The position numbers were made by a program, and so were the translations under genes. Shown here in pieces: positions 1-9,631 of a stretch of 64,000 nt of DNA. How positions within the stretch are numbered: position 1 is the first letter of the stretch; every line of letters begins with the position of its first letter. Location: contig CALWNQ010000045.1 in assembly GCA_944382875.1 (NCBI GenBank), forward strand, positions 13,275 through 77,274, in the 5' to 3' direction. Under the pieces are notes generated by a model, which did no database searches, was not told the DNA's origin, and saw nothing but the letters and a program-made list of their open reading frames with translations. The DNA comes from an uncultured Clostridia bacterium (lineage in GTDB: Bacteria; Bacillota; Clostridia; Oscillospirales; Ruminococcaceae).

Positions 1-134
1 GGCCGGTCGGTCGGACACTATTGTACCTATTGTGGGAAAAATATAGAAGAATAGGAAAAATTCCTAAAAAGAAAAGTCGAAAATCGAAATAAAATGAAGT
101 AATAATACAAATTGTATAACAGAGAGGAACTGCC

Positions 135-1034
135 ATGAGCTTTGACAACAAGCGCCGCCCCGGCGGCAAACCAACAAACCGCCCGGTCGGACGTCCTGGC
201 GGCAAGAACTTTGCCCGCAAGCCCGATCCGATGCGCCAGCTCCGGCGCGACCGGGACGACGATTTCGCTTTTCGTCCCGAAGACGAGAACACCGCCTTTA
301 TCGCCGGCCGCAACGCTGTCATGGAGGCGCTGAAAGCCAACGCCAACGCCGATACCGTTTTCATCGAAAAAGGACAGACCGGCGGCAGCATGTCCAAAAT
401 CATCGCGCTGGCCAAACAGGCCGGCTGCCCCATCAAGGAAGTCACCTCCCAGAAGCTGGAAGGGATGGCCGGCGGCACCGCCCATCAGGGCGTCGTTCTT
501 TCGGTTTCGGCCGTCGAATACGCCGAGGTGGAGGACATCCTCGCCAAAGCAGCCGATAAGGGCGAAAAGCCGTTCCTCATCATCGCCGACGACATCGAGG
601 ATCCCCACAACCTGGGCGCTATCATCCGCACCGCCGAAACGGCCGGCGCCCACGGCGTCATTATCCCCAAACGGCGGGGCGTGGGGCTCACTTCCGCCGT
701 CTTCAAATCTTCGGCCGGGGCCGCCGCCCATCTGCCGGTCGCCCGGGTGGCCAACCTCGCTTCCACTGTGGATGAGCTCAAAAAAGAGGGCATCTGGGTG
801 TATGGCTGCGATATGGAGGGCCAGAACTGGTGCGAAACCGACTTTTCCGGCGGCGTCGCGCTGATTATCGGCTCCGAGGGCAAGGGCATGAGCCGCCTGC
901 TTAAGGAAAAATGCGACGGGATGGTCACACTCCCCATGCTGGGCAAGATCACCTCGCTCAACGCTTCGGTTGCCGGCGGTATTATCATGTACGAGGTTGC
1001 CCGCCAGCGCCTTGGTATCCCGGCACGCAACTGA
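135..1034 (+). CDS. rlmB: SpoU/TrmH-family 23S rRNA 2'-O-ribose methyltransferase (RlmB-like)
   Basis: 299-aa ORF with a basic Gly/Arg/Pro N-terminal tail followed by SpoU core motifs (IIADDIEDPHNLGAIIRTAE, LIIGSEGKGMS, SLNASVAGGI). AGAGGAA RBS lies upstream of ATG 135. Confidence 0.85.
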   Translation: MSFDNKRRPGGKPTNRPVGRPGGKNFARKPDPMRQLRRDRDDDFAFRPEDENTAFIAGRNAVMEALKANANADTVFIEKGQTGGSMSKIIALAKQAGCPIKEVTSQKLEGMAGGTAHQGVVLSVSAVEYAEVEDILAKAADKGEKPFLIIADDIEDPHNLGAIIRTAETAGAHGVIIPKRRGVGLTSAVFKSSAGAAAHLPVARVANLASTVDELKKEGIWVYGCDMEGQNWCETDFSGGVALIIGSEGKGMSRLLKEKCDGMVTLPMLGKITSLNASVAGGIIMYEVARQRLGIPARN

Positions 1035-1052
1035 TTTCTCCCACGAAAGGAT

Positions 1053-3272
1053 GTGCATCCCACTTTGGAATCCCTTGACGAACTGCTGCGCGAGCTGACC
1101 GGCGAACAAGCCGGGGAACAGCCGTCCGCACCGGAAGAGGACAGCGATATCGACGCGCTGGTGGCAATCCTCTCCGTTGAAGGCGAACAGAAAAAGCCCG
1201 GCGCGCAGCCGGAAACCAAAGCTGCCCCGGCGCAGGAACGAAAAACTCCCCCAAAAAAATCGCCCGCACCCAAAAAAACGGTCAAACAGGAGCTTCCGCC
1301 CGCCTTTTTGAATGATAAGCCGCAGTCGCCTCCGATGCAGATCGACATCGAGAAAATCCGCGCCGAGCAGCCTCCGGTGAAGCCGATCCCGGCCCAGAAT
1401 TTTGCGGAGGAGCCGGAACAAGCTCCGCCCAAATCACAGCCCGAAGCGGAACCGCACCTCCGCCCGGCCGATAAGGTAAAGGAAAGAACCGCCGTTGCCG
1501 AGGAACAGGAGCGGGAAGCCGCCCCCCGCATTGCGCCGGCTTTTCGGCGGCTGGAACAGAAGATCGGGGACGAGACGGCAGCCAATCAGATGGCCGCGCT
1601 GCGGGAAGCCGGGGCGCGCGCCTCGATGATGGCTTTTGTTTTGCTGCTGCTGGCCGCCATGATGACCGGGATGGCCGTCTTCCTGCATATCCAGCGGGTA
1701 CAATTTCCGGATCAGATTCCGTCCCGTATAACGCTGGGGATTCTGACGGCGCTGGGCGCTGTGGCAGGCGGCGTGAGCTGGCCGGTGCTGCAAAGCGGAC
1801 TTGGCTCCCTTGTCCGGCTGGAACCCAACCGCGAACTCCCGGCGGCGCTCACCTATCTGGTCTGCCTGCTCCAGTCGGTGGGGCAGCTCTTGTTCCCGCG
1901 TGGACTTTTGAACAGCAACATCCAGTTCTACATCCCGGTGGGCGCACTGCTGCTGGCCGCTGCCTGGCAGAGCCGGGCGCTCACCCTGAAAACGGCGTCG
2001 CTCAACGCCAAATTTGTTTCGGCTGATTACGAGAAGTTTTCCCCCCAGACTGTTCCGGACACCCGGCTCGCTTCCGACTTAACGCGCGGACTGGTGGAAG
2101 GATACGGGGTGCCGGTCATCAACCGGCGGACCGACCTGCTTTCCGGCTTTTTACCCATCTCGCTGGGCAGCGACCGGAGCGACACCATCGGCCGCAACCT
2201 GGCGGTTGCGGGACTGATTGCCGGAGCCGCGGCGGGGCTTTTCACCTTTCTTTTTACCCAGCACAAGAATCTGGCTCTCACTGTGATGACGGCCTGTATG
2301 CTCGTTTTTTCGCCGCTTTCCTGCCTCTTTTTCACCGCCTATCCGCTCCGGCGGGGCGCCAAGTTTGCAAACCGGGCGGGCGGTCTTGCCGCCGGGGAGC
2401 GCTCCACCGCCGACTGCGCCGAAGCCAACGCGGTGGTCATCGACGCCAAAGACCTCTTTCCGCCCTCCGGTGTTACGCTGAGCGGCATCAAGACCTGTGA
2501 GGGGATGCGGATTGACGAGGCCATCCTCGACGCCGCGTCGGTGTTGGTCCAGAGCGGCAGCATCCTGTCGAACGTCTTTTTAAAGATGATTGGCAACCGC
2601 ACCGAGCTGCTCCGCAAAGCCGAGTCCGTTTCCTATGAGGACGGCATGGGGCTTTCGGCCTGGGTGGGCAAAAAACGGGTGCTGATCGGGGGCCGGGAGC
2701 TGCTGCTGCAGCACGGCGTCCGGGTTCCGAGCGAGGATTACGAGCGCCGCTTTGCCGAACAGGGCTGCGATCTGGTCTATTTTGCGTCGGCCGGGGAGCT
2801 GACCGCCGTTTTTGTCATTACGCTGCGGCCTTCCCGCGAAGCGGACAACGCGATCCAGATGCTGCTCGAAAACGACATTCTGCTCACGGTGAAAACGGTC
2901 GATCCGATTGTCACCAAGGAGAAGCTGGGGGCGCTCTACCTTTGCGATCCGTCCTGCTTTAAAATTCTGCCCTCCCGGCTCTTTGAAGCGGTGGAGGAAC
3001 GCCGCGCGCTGGTCAAGGTCAAACCGGCCAGCCTTGCCAACAACGGCAGCTTTGGTTCGCTGGCGGCTTCGCTGGTGGTTTCCCGGCGGATGAAGGTGAT
3101 GATGACGGTTGGAAGCGTCATCGAAACGGTCAGCCTGATTCTCGGCGTCGGTCTGGTGCTGATGCTGGCGCTGCTGGGCGCGATGGTCCGGCTTTCCGCT
3201 CCGGTGATGGCGGGCTATCTGCTGCTCTGGCTGGTGGTGGGGCTTTTGATCCAGCGGCTGGTGCGGATATAG
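1053..3272 (+). CDS. P-type-ATPase-like integral membrane protein with degenerate catalytic motifs and a Pro/Lys/Glu-rich N-terminal region
   Basis: 739-aa ORF with a GTG start behind a GAAAGGA RBS. Residues 1-190 are low complexity (PPKKSPAPKK, PEQAPPKSQPEAEP), followed by several hydrophobic helices. The C-terminal half resembles P/N domains of P1B ATPases by eye: AVVIDAKDLFPPSG where DKTGTLT is expected, GKKRVLIGGRELLLQHGV, LTVKTVDP where TGD is expected, ANNGSFGS where GDGxND is expected. Two terminal TM helices follow. Confidence 0.6.
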   Translation: MHPTLESLDELLRELTGEQAGEQPSAPEEDSDIDALVAILSVEGEQKKPGAQPETKAAPAQERKTPPKKSPAPKKTVKQELPPAFLNDKPQSPPMQIDIEKIRAEQPPVKPIPAQNFAEEPEQAPPKSQPEAEPHLRPADKVKERTAVAEEQEREAAPRIAPAFRRLEQKIGDETAANQMAALREAGARASMMAFVLLLLAAMMTGMAVFLHIQRVQFPDQIPSRITLGILTALGAVAGGVSWPVLQSGLGSLVRLEPNRELPAALTYLVCLLQSVGQLLFPRGLLNSNIQFYIPVGALLLAAAWQSRALTLKTASLNAKFVSADYEKFSPQTVPDTRLASDLTRGLVEGYGVPVINRRTDLLSGFLPISLGSDRSDTIGRNLAVAGLIAGAAAGLFTFLFTQHKNLALTVMTACMLVFSPLSCLFFTAYPLRRGAKFANRAGGLAAGERSTADCAEANAVVIDAKDLFPPSGVTLSGIKTCEGMRIDEAILDAASVLVQSGSILSNVFLKMIGNRTELLRKAESVSYEDGMGLSAWVGKKRVLIGGRELLLQHGVRVPSEDYERRFAEQGCDLVYFASAGELTAVFVITLRPSREADNAIQMLLENDILLTVKTVDPIVTKEKLGALYLCDPSCFKILPSRLFEAVEERRALVKVKPASLANNGSFGSLAASLVVSRRMKVMMTVGSVIETVSLILGVGLVLMLALLGAMVRLSAPVMAGYLLLWLVVGLLIQRLVRI

Positions 3273-3281
3273 GAGGAAGCC

Positions 3282-3554
3282 ATGTACACACGGATTCTGC
3301 TCATTTGGATGGCGGGGATTTCGCTCCCCGCCTTTTTGCTGTGCGCCGCCGACAAACGGAAGGCGAAGCGCGGACGCTGGCGCATCCCGGAAAAAACGCT
3401 GCTCCTGCTCGCCGTGTTCGGCGGCGGATGGGGGCTCTGGCTCGGGATGATCGCCTTCCGGCACAAAACGAAACATCTGGCGTTCCAGATTGTCGCGCCG
3501 CTTTCGGCCTTCTGCTGGACGGCGGGGCTTCTGCTGCTGGCAGCATTTTGCTGA
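3282..3554 (+). CDS. DUF1294-family small membrane protein
   Basis: 90 aa and hydrophobic. Motif KRGRWRIPEKTLLLLAVFGGGWG...FRHKTKH is typical of DUF1294. AGGAGGA RBS. Confidence 0.8.
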   Translation: MYTRILLIWMAGISLPAFLLCAADKRKAKRGRWRIPEKTLLLLAVFGGGWGLWLGMIAFRHKTKHLAFQIVAPLSAFCWTAGLLLLAAFC

Positions 3555-3645
3555 CGGACGTTTTTCGCCCGGAAATACTTGATAATTCGCGCGGAAAAGC
3601 TTATACTGATTATGACTGACCTGTATCTTGGAAAGGAGCGGTTTT

Positions 3646-5037
3646 ATGGCAGGTTCGATTGCCCGGTGGTACCGGGATTTGCAGGCGAAAAAGGTGCTGT
3701 TTGTCGGCATCGGGGTGAGCCACACCCGCCTGATTGAGAAATTCCTCCAAAAAGGGATGGATGTCACCGTCTGCGACAAGCGGGAAGCGGAAGCGCTCGG
3801 GGAGGATTACGGCCGTCTGTCGGCGCTCGGCGCGAAATTCCGCCTGGGCGAACAGTATCTCGATGCGCTGCATGACGCCGACGTCATCTTCCGCACACCG
3901 GGGATGTACTACCTCTCGCCCGCCTTGCAGGAGGCGAAAAAGGCCGGCAAGACGGTGACGAGTGAGATGGAGTGCTTCTGCAAGCTCTGCCCCTGCAAGC
4001 TCTACGCCATCACCGGTTCGGACGGCAAGACGACCACCTCCACCCTGATCGCCAAATTCCTGGAAAAATCCGGGAAACGGGTGCATCTGGGCGGCAATAT
4101 CGGAAAAGCGCTCCTCCCCGAAATCGAGGAGATCCGGGAGGAGGACGCCGCCGTCGTCGAGCTTTCGAGCTTCCAGCTTCTCTCGATGCGGTGCGCGCCG
4201 GATGTTTCGGTCGTCAAAAATGTCACCCCGAACCACCTCGACGTCCACAAGGACATGGCCGAGTATACAAACGCCAAAAAGAACATCTTCCTCCATCAGG
4301 ACGCCTTTTCCCGCACCGTTTTGAACCTCGACGATCGGGTGACCGCCGGTTTCGCGCCGGAGGTGCGGGGGGAACTTTCCTGGTTCTCGATGAAGGAGCA
4401 GCCGGACTACGGTGCTTTCCTGGATGAGGAGGGCTTCCTCTGCTTTGCCCGGCACGGGAAGGTGGAAAAACTCTTCCACAAGGATGAAATCCTCATCCGC
4501 GGGATGCACAACGTGGAGAATGTCCTCACCGCCATCGCGGCGGTTGAGGGGGAAGTGCCGGTTTCGGACATTCTGGAAGTGGTGCGCACCTTTGGCGGGG
4601 TGGAGCACCGCATCGAGCTGGTGCGGGTTCTCGACGGGGTGGAGTGGTACAACGACTCGATCGCTTCCAGCCCCACCCGGACAATGGCGGGGCTCGATTC
4701 CTTTGACCGGAAAATCTGCATCATCGCGGGCGGCTACGACAAGAAAATCCCCTATGAGCCGCTGGCACCCAAGATCTTAGAGAAGGTCAAACTGCTCATC
4801 GTGATGGGAGCCACCGGCCCCAAGATCGAGGCGGCAGTCCGCGCCTGCCCCGGCTTTGCAGAGGCGGGGCTCACCATCCTCCACGCAGCCAGCATGGAGG
4901 AAGCGGTGAAACTCGCGCGGGAAAACACCGTCTCTGGCGATATTGTGAGCCTTTCCCCGGCAAGTGCGAGCTTTGACCTCTACCGCAACTTTGAGGAGCG
5001 CGGCCGGCACTTTAAAAAACTTGTGATGGAATTGTGA
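3646..5037 (+). CDS. murD: UDP-N-acetylmuramoylalanine--D-glutamate ligase
   Basis: Mur ligase layout: N-terminal Rossmann fold (KVLFVGIGVSH), P-loop GSDGKTTT, C-terminal IAGGYDK. Start moved from 3628 to ATG 3646, 7 nt after AAAGGAG. Confidence 0.9.
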   Translation: MAGSIARWYRDLQAKKVLFVGIGVSHTRLIEKFLQKGMDVTVCDKREAEALGEDYGRLSALGAKFRLGEQYLDALHDADVIFRTPGMYYLSPALQEAKKAGKTVTSEMECFCKLCPCKLYAITGSDGKTTTSTLIAKFLEKSGKRVHLGGNIGKALLPEIEEIREEDAAVVELSSFQLLSMRCAPDVSVVKNVTPNHLDVHKDMAEYTNAKKNIFLHQDAFSRTVLNLDDRVTAGFAPEVRGELSWFSMKEQPDYGAFLDEEGFLCFARHGKVEKLFHKDEILIRGMHNVENVLTAIAAVEGEVPVSDILEVVRTFGGVEHRIELVRVLDGVEWYNDSIASSPTRTMAGLDSFDRKICIIAGGYDKKIPYEPLAPKILEKVKLLIVMGATGPKIEAAVRACPGFAEAGLTILHAASMEEAVKLARENTVSGDIVSLSPASASFDLYRNFEERGRHFKKLVMEL

Positions 5038-5049
5038 GGAGGGAACGTT

Positions 5050-6096
5050 TTGACCACTTTGGAAACGCTCCGCGCCCTCTGTGCCGCCCCCGGCGTTGCC
5101 GGGGAGGAGCAGGCCGCTTCGGAAAAAGCGGCAGAGCTTCTGCGGGAAGTGACAGAGGATGTGGAAATTGACCGCTTCGGCAACGTGATCGCGTGGCTGC
5201 CGGCTGAGACCGAGGAGGCACCGCTGTTGCTGCTCGACGCCCACATCGACCAGATCGGGATGGCCGTCACATCGGTGGAGGAAAACGGGTTCCTCCGGGT
5301 TGCCAACTGCGGCGGCGTTGACCGCCGGCTGGTTTTGGGGCAGCAGGTAACCGTTTGGGGCACCGAGCCGCTTGCCGGACTGGTTGCCGTCAAGCCGCCC
5401 CACCTTTCGGACGCCGAGGAGCGGAGAAAACTCCCCGAAATCACCGAAATTGCCATCGACACCGGCTTTGACCGGGAGGAAGTGCAAAAACGCGTCCGCC
5501 CCGGCGACCGGATTACCTTAACCGGACCGTTTGCCGCCCTCCAGAACGGACGGGTGACCGCCGCCTCCCTCGACGACCGTTCGGGCGCTGCCGCCATCCT
5601 CCACGCGCTCCGGCTGCTGGCCGGCAAAAAGCTCCCCTATCGGGTGGCCGCCGTCTTTTCGGTCCAGGAGGAAGTGGGCGGACTCGGTGCCGCGGTGTCC
5701 TCCTTCCGGTTAAAGCCCGACGAGGCGATCGCAGTCGACGTGAGCTTTGCCCGGCAGGACGGGCTGGAAGACCGCTGGCCCAACCCCGGCGACGGCGTCA
5801 TGATCGGGATTGCGCCCCCGCTTTCCCGCGGCATCTTTGACGAGCTGACCGCACTCGCCGAGCAAAAGGGCATCCCCCACACCATCGAAGCGATGGGCGG
5901 CCGGACTTCCACCAACGCGGACGAAATCGCGGTGCAGGCCGGCGGCGTCCGGACGGCGCTCCTTTCGATTCCGCTCCGGTATATGCACACGCCGGTCGAG
6001 CTGGTGCAACTCTCCGACGTCGAGGCGGTTGGAGAACTGATTGCGGCCTATATCCTGCGCGACACCGAGGAAGGAGGGGACTCTCAATGCAGCTGA
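5050..6096 (+). CDS. M42 family metallopeptidase (glutamyl aminopeptidase/FrvX-like)
   Basis: 348 aa. Metal-ligand motifs LLLDAHIDQIG, SLDDRSG, FSVQEEVGGLGA, plus YMHTPVE. TTG start behind GAGGAGGGA. Confidence 0.85.
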   Translation: MTTLETLRALCAAPGVAGEEQAASEKAAELLREVTEDVEIDRFGNVIAWLPAETEEAPLLLLDAHIDQIGMAVTSVEENGFLRVANCGGVDRRLVLGQQVTVWGTEPLAGLVAVKPPHLSDAEERRKLPEITEIAIDTGFDREEVQKRVRPGDRITLTGPFAALQNGRVTAASLDDRSGAAAILHALRLLAGKKLPYRVAAVFSVQEEVGGLGAAVSSFRLKPDEAIAVDVSFARQDGLEDRWPNPGDGVMIGIAPPLSRGIFDELTALAEQKGIPHTIEAMGGRTSTNADEIAVQAGGVRTALLSIPLRYMHTPVELVQLSDVEAVGELIAAYILRDTEEGGDSQCS

Positions 6097-7103
6097 CCGA
6101 AATTTTGGAAAAACTCTGCCTGCTTCCCGGCGTGTCCGGGGACGAAAGCGCAGTGGCGAGCGAGATTCTTTCGCTGATGGAAGATTACTGCGAAGCCGAA
6201 ACCGATCCGCTCGGCAACATCATCGCCCGGAAAAAGGGCGCGCGCCGGTCGGACAAGACCATCCTTTTTGACGCGCACATGGATGAAGTCGGGCTGATGG
6301 TCACCGCAGCGGCGGAGGACGGAAGCCTCCTCTTTACCACGGTGGGCGGCATCGACCCGCGCGTCCTCATCGGGCGGCAGGTGCTGGTCGGGGAGGATGC
6401 ACTCCCCGGCATCATTGGCGGCAAGCCAATCCACCTCCAGGACGCCGACGAGCGGAAAACCGCCGTCCCGGCCGATAAGCTGCGAATCGACATCGGCTGC
6501 CGGAACCGGGAGGAAGCCCTTTCGCTCGCAAAACCGGGTGACATGGTGGCCTTTCTGCCGGAGTTTGCCCGGTTCGGCAATGGCGCTTTCCGCGGGAAAG
6601 CCATCGACGACCGGTTTGGCTGCGCGGTGCTCATCGACCTCATCCGGTCGGAGCTGCCGGTGGACTGCACCTTTGTGTTCAGCGTGCAGGAGGAAGCGAC
6701 CGGCTTCGGAGCCGAGGCTGCGGCCTTTTCGGTGCGCCCCGACATCGCGGTGGCGATCGAAGCGACCTCAGCAGCCGACATCCCCGGCGTTTCGGGGACC
6801 GACTGCGCCTGTAAATTAGGCGGCGGCGCGGTGCTGAGCCTTCTCGACAAGGGCGCTCTCTATCCGCAGTCGCTCACCCGCCGGTGCGCCGCGATCGCGG
6901 AGGAAAAAGGAATTCCGTTCCAGTATAAAACGGCTGTTGCCGGACGAAACGACGCTTCGGCCTACCAGAAAACGGCGGGCGGAGCCGAAGTGCTGGCCGT
7001 TTCAGCGCCCTGCCGCTACATCCACTCGCCCCAGTGCGTCATCCGGGAGGAGGACATGCGCGCGGTGCGGGAGCTGCTCTTTGCGCTGCTCGAAAATTTT
7101 TGA
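6087..7103 (+). CDS. M42 family metallopeptidase, tandem paralog
   Basis: 338 aa with the same motif set (ILFDAHMDEVG, AIDDRFG, FSVQEEATGFGA, YIHSPQC). Overlaps the previous gene by 10 nt. Confidence 0.85.
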   Translation: MQLTEILEKLCLLPGVSGDESAVASEILSLMEDYCEAETDPLGNIIARKKGARRSDKTILFDAHMDEVGLMVTAAAEDGSLLFTTVGGIDPRVLIGRQVLVGEDALPGIIGGKPIHLQDADERKTAVPADKLRIDIGCRNREEALSLAKPGDMVAFLPEFARFGNGAFRGKAIDDRFGCAVLIDLIRSELPVDCTFVFSVQEEATGFGAEAAAFSVRPDIAVAIEATSAADIPGVSGTDCACKLGGGAVLSLLDKGALYPQSLTRRCAAIAEEKGIPFQYKTAVAGRNDASAYQKTAGGAEVLAVSAPCRYIHSPQCVIREEDMRAVRELLFALLENF

Positions 7104-7136
7104 CAGGAAACAATTTCACACAAAGGAAATGACAAA

Positions 7137-8396
7137 ATGACAGATTATCAGGGACTTTATGAATTTTCGCCGCGGCTTTTGGAGCTGGCCGAAAAAGCCG
7201 AACAAAACTGCCGCGAAATCTTCCGGCAGACCGAGGAAATCCAGGCTTACAACGAAGCCAAGGTCCTCAAAGCCTTTTCGGACAACCGGGTTTCGGCCGC
7301 TCACCTGGTGGGAACGACCGGCTACGGCTACGACGACGCGGGGCGGGACAACCTCGACCGGGTGTTCGCCCAGGCGTTCGGGGCGGAGGACGCCCTTGTC
7401 CGGCACCAGTTTGTTTCGGGCACCCACACCCTTTCCACTGCTCTCTTCGGGGTGCTGCGGACCGGCGACACGGTGGTGTCGGTGACCGGCGCACCCTATG
7501 ACACGATGGAGGAGGTCATCGGCATCCGGGGCGGCAAAACCGGCTCGCTCGCCGAGTTCGGCGTTCATTACCGCCAGATCGAACTGCTCCCGGACGGCAC
7601 TCCTAACTTTGCGGCCATCGAGGAAGCGGCCAAATCGGCCAAAATGATCTATATCCAGCGGTCCCGCGGCTATTCGCTGCGGCCGTCGCTGCGGGTGGAA
7701 ACGATCGGGGAGATCGCCGCCGCTGCCAAGCGCGGCAACCCGGACGTGATCGTCTTTGTGGACAACTGCTACGGCGAGTTTGTCGAAAAGCGGGAGCCCA
7801 CTGAGGTCGGCGCCGACCTGATGGCCGGTTCCCTCATCAAGAATCCGGGCGGCGGCATCGCGCCCACCGGCGGCTATATCGCCGGGCGGGAGGATCTGGT
7901 CGAACTCTGCGGCTACCGCGCCACCTGTCCCGGTATCGGCCGGGAATCCGGCTGCACCCAGGACCAGAACCGCGGGCTCTACCTCGGCTTTTTCCACGCG
8001 CCATCCGCTGTCGCCAACGCGGTGAAAACCTCCTGCTTTGCCTGCGCGCTGTTTGCCGAGCTTGGCTGCCGGACGACGCCGCGGTTTGACGAGCCGCGGA
8101 CCGACATCATCGCCGCCATCGAGCTGGGAAGCCCGGAGCGCCTCTGCGCCTTCTGCCGGGGGATTCAGGCCGGTTCGCCGGTCGATTCCTTCGTCACGCC
8201 GGAGCCTTGGGCGATGCCTGGTTACAGCGACGAGGTGATCATGGCGGCCGGTGCCTTTACGATGGGCGCTTCGCTCGAACTTTCGGCCGACGGGCCGCTG
8301 CGGGAGCCTTACTCGGTCTGGGTACAGGGCGGGCTCACCTACAACACCGGCAAGCTGGGCATCCTCCTGGCCGCACAGGCGATGGAAGGCTGCTGA
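7137..8396 (+). CDS. Aluminium-resistance/YnbB-type PLP-dependent lyase family protein
   Basis: 419 aa. Conserved stretches HQFVSGTHTLS, VDNCYGEF and SLIKNPGGGIAPTGGYIAG are typical of the Met_gamma_lyase (YnbB) family. Confidence 0.8.
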   Translation: MTDYQGLYEFSPRLLELAEKAEQNCREIFRQTEEIQAYNEAKVLKAFSDNRVSAAHLVGTTGYGYDDAGRDNLDRVFAQAFGAEDALVRHQFVSGTHTLSTALFGVLRTGDTVVSVTGAPYDTMEEVIGIRGGKTGSLAEFGVHYRQIELLPDGTPNFAAIEEAAKSAKMIYIQRSRGYSLRPSLRVETIGEIAAAAKRGNPDVIVFVDNCYGEFVEKREPTEVGADLMAGSLIKNPGGGIAPTGGYIAGREDLVELCGYRATCPGIGRESGCTQDQNRGLYLGFFHAPSAVANAVKTSCFACALFAELGCRTTPRFDEPRTDIIAAIELGSPERLCAFCRGIQAGSPVDSFVTPEPWAMPGYSDEVIMAAGAFTMGASLELSADGPLREPYSVWVQGGLTYNTGKLGILLAAQAMEGC

Positions 8397-8415
8397 CCGG
8401 CTGCGAAAGGACGGA

Positions 8416-9594
8416 ATGACAATGAGAAGAAACGCGATTCTTGCCTATGTGGGCTTTATGCTGCTGATGGTGGCGCTCGGCGCCAGCGACGCGATGCGCG
8501 GCGTTTTCATGCCGGTTTTCGGGGAGCATTTTTCGCTTTCCAACTCGCGGCTCTCGATGGTGATCACGGTGAGCTATGTCGGCAACCTGGTCTTCCTGCT
8601 CTTTGGCGGCCGGCTCGCCGACCGCGAAAAACGCAAGCCCGCCTTCCTCTTCGCGGCGCTCCTCTGGGCGGCGGCGCTGGTGTCCTACCTGTTTACCGAC
8701 AACTACCTCTGCCTGCTTGTGGGCATGTTTTTCAGCATGGGCGCTTCCACCCTCACCAGCACCCTCATCAACGTGATGACCTCCTATTTCTTTGCGGCAG
8801 CGCCCGCCGCGATTGTCAGCACTCTCTTTTTCATCCAGAGCATCGGCACCACCGCGAGCCAGAAGTTGGCGGGGGCGTTCGCTTCGGGCTTCGGCTCCTG
8901 GCACGGCGCCAACCTCATCGTGCTGCTGATTGGAGTGGCGGGGATTTTGGTGCTGCTCTTTGTGAGGTTCCCCGACCGGGTGGTGCTGCCCGATGAGGAG
9001 GGGAAAAAGTACGGCTTCCTCAATGCGGCCAAAAACCGGGCGTTCCCGCTCTTTGTCCTGATTTTCGGCTTTTATTTTGTCGCCGAGCACAGCATCATGA
9101 ACTGGTTTGTCCAGATTTCGACCGAGGCCTACTCCCTCACGGTCAACCAGGCGTCGACCTATCTGGCGCTGTTTTTCGGCGGGATCATGGTGGGGCGGCT
9201 CGCCTTCGCGCCGGTGATCCACAAGATCGGCATCAAAGGGAGCATTCTGCTCTTTGGCGGGGTGGCGTTGGTCCTCTACTGCGCCGGCATCCTGATCGGC
9301 AAGGTGGCGCTGCCGGTGCTGGTCGTGTCGGGGCTGAGCTTTTCGATCCTTTATCCCACCCTGGTCATGCTCATCCAGAACTACTACCCGGTAAACGGCA
9401 TCACCACCGCGACCGGCCTGATTATCAGCACGGCCACCCTCTTTGACATCGGCTGGAACGCGGCCTACGGCGTGCTGATCGACCAGCTTGGGGCCAGAGG
9501 CGCCCTTTTGCTGCTGCCTGCGGCGATGGCGCTTTTCTATCTCTGCTGCGTGCTGCTGGCGCGGATCCCGCAGACCAGCTATGTCGCCAAATAA
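8416..9594 (+). CDS. MFS transporter
   Basis: About 392 aa with roughly 12 hydrophobic helices and a GGRLADREKRKP loop between TM2 and TM3 (MFS motif A-like). Start moved from 8251 to ATG 8416, because the upstream extension overlaps ynbB and is Arg/Pro/Trp-rich. Confidence 0.8.
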   Translation: MTMRRNAILAYVGFMLLMVALGASDAMRGVFMPVFGEHFSLSNSRLSMVITVSYVGNLVFLLFGGRLADREKRKPAFLFAALLWAAALVSYLFTDNYLCLLVGMFFSMGASTLTSTLINVMTSYFFAAAPAAIVSTLFFIQSIGTTASQKLAGAFASGFGSWHGANLIVLLIGVAGILVLLFVRFPDRVVLPDEEGKKYGFLNAAKNRAFPLFVLIFGFYFVAEHSIMNWFVQISTEAYSLTVNQASTYLALFFGGIMVGRLAFAPVIHKIGIKGSILLFGGVALVLYCAGILIGKVALPVLVVSGLSFSILYPTLVMLIQNYYPVNGITTATGLIISTATLFDIGWNAAYGVLIDQLGARGALLLLPAAMALFYLCCVLLARIPQTSYVAK

Positions 9595-9606
9595 AATGTG
9601 CCGCCT

Positions 9607-9631
9607 GCGGTCCCGATGGGGCCGCTTTTTT
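9607..9631 (+). terminator. Intrinsic terminator of the MFS gene
   Basis: GCGGTCCC-GAT-GGGGCCGC hairpin (8 bp, one G-U) followed by TTTTTT. Begins 13 nt after the stop codon. Confidence 0.7.

Noticed and set aside
8251-8415. N-terminally extended versions of several track ORFs: 8251 (MFS), 28838 (speD), 42907 (galK), 39986 (thioesterase), 39453 (GyrI-like), 63175 (deacetylase), 63956 (XRE), 21896 (PH protein) and 16584 (mreB).
   Set aside because: In each case an internal ATG or GTG lies 5-12 nt behind a GGAGG-type RBS and matches the conserved family N-terminus. The extensions are Arg/Pro/Cys-rich or overlap upstream genes or leaders.
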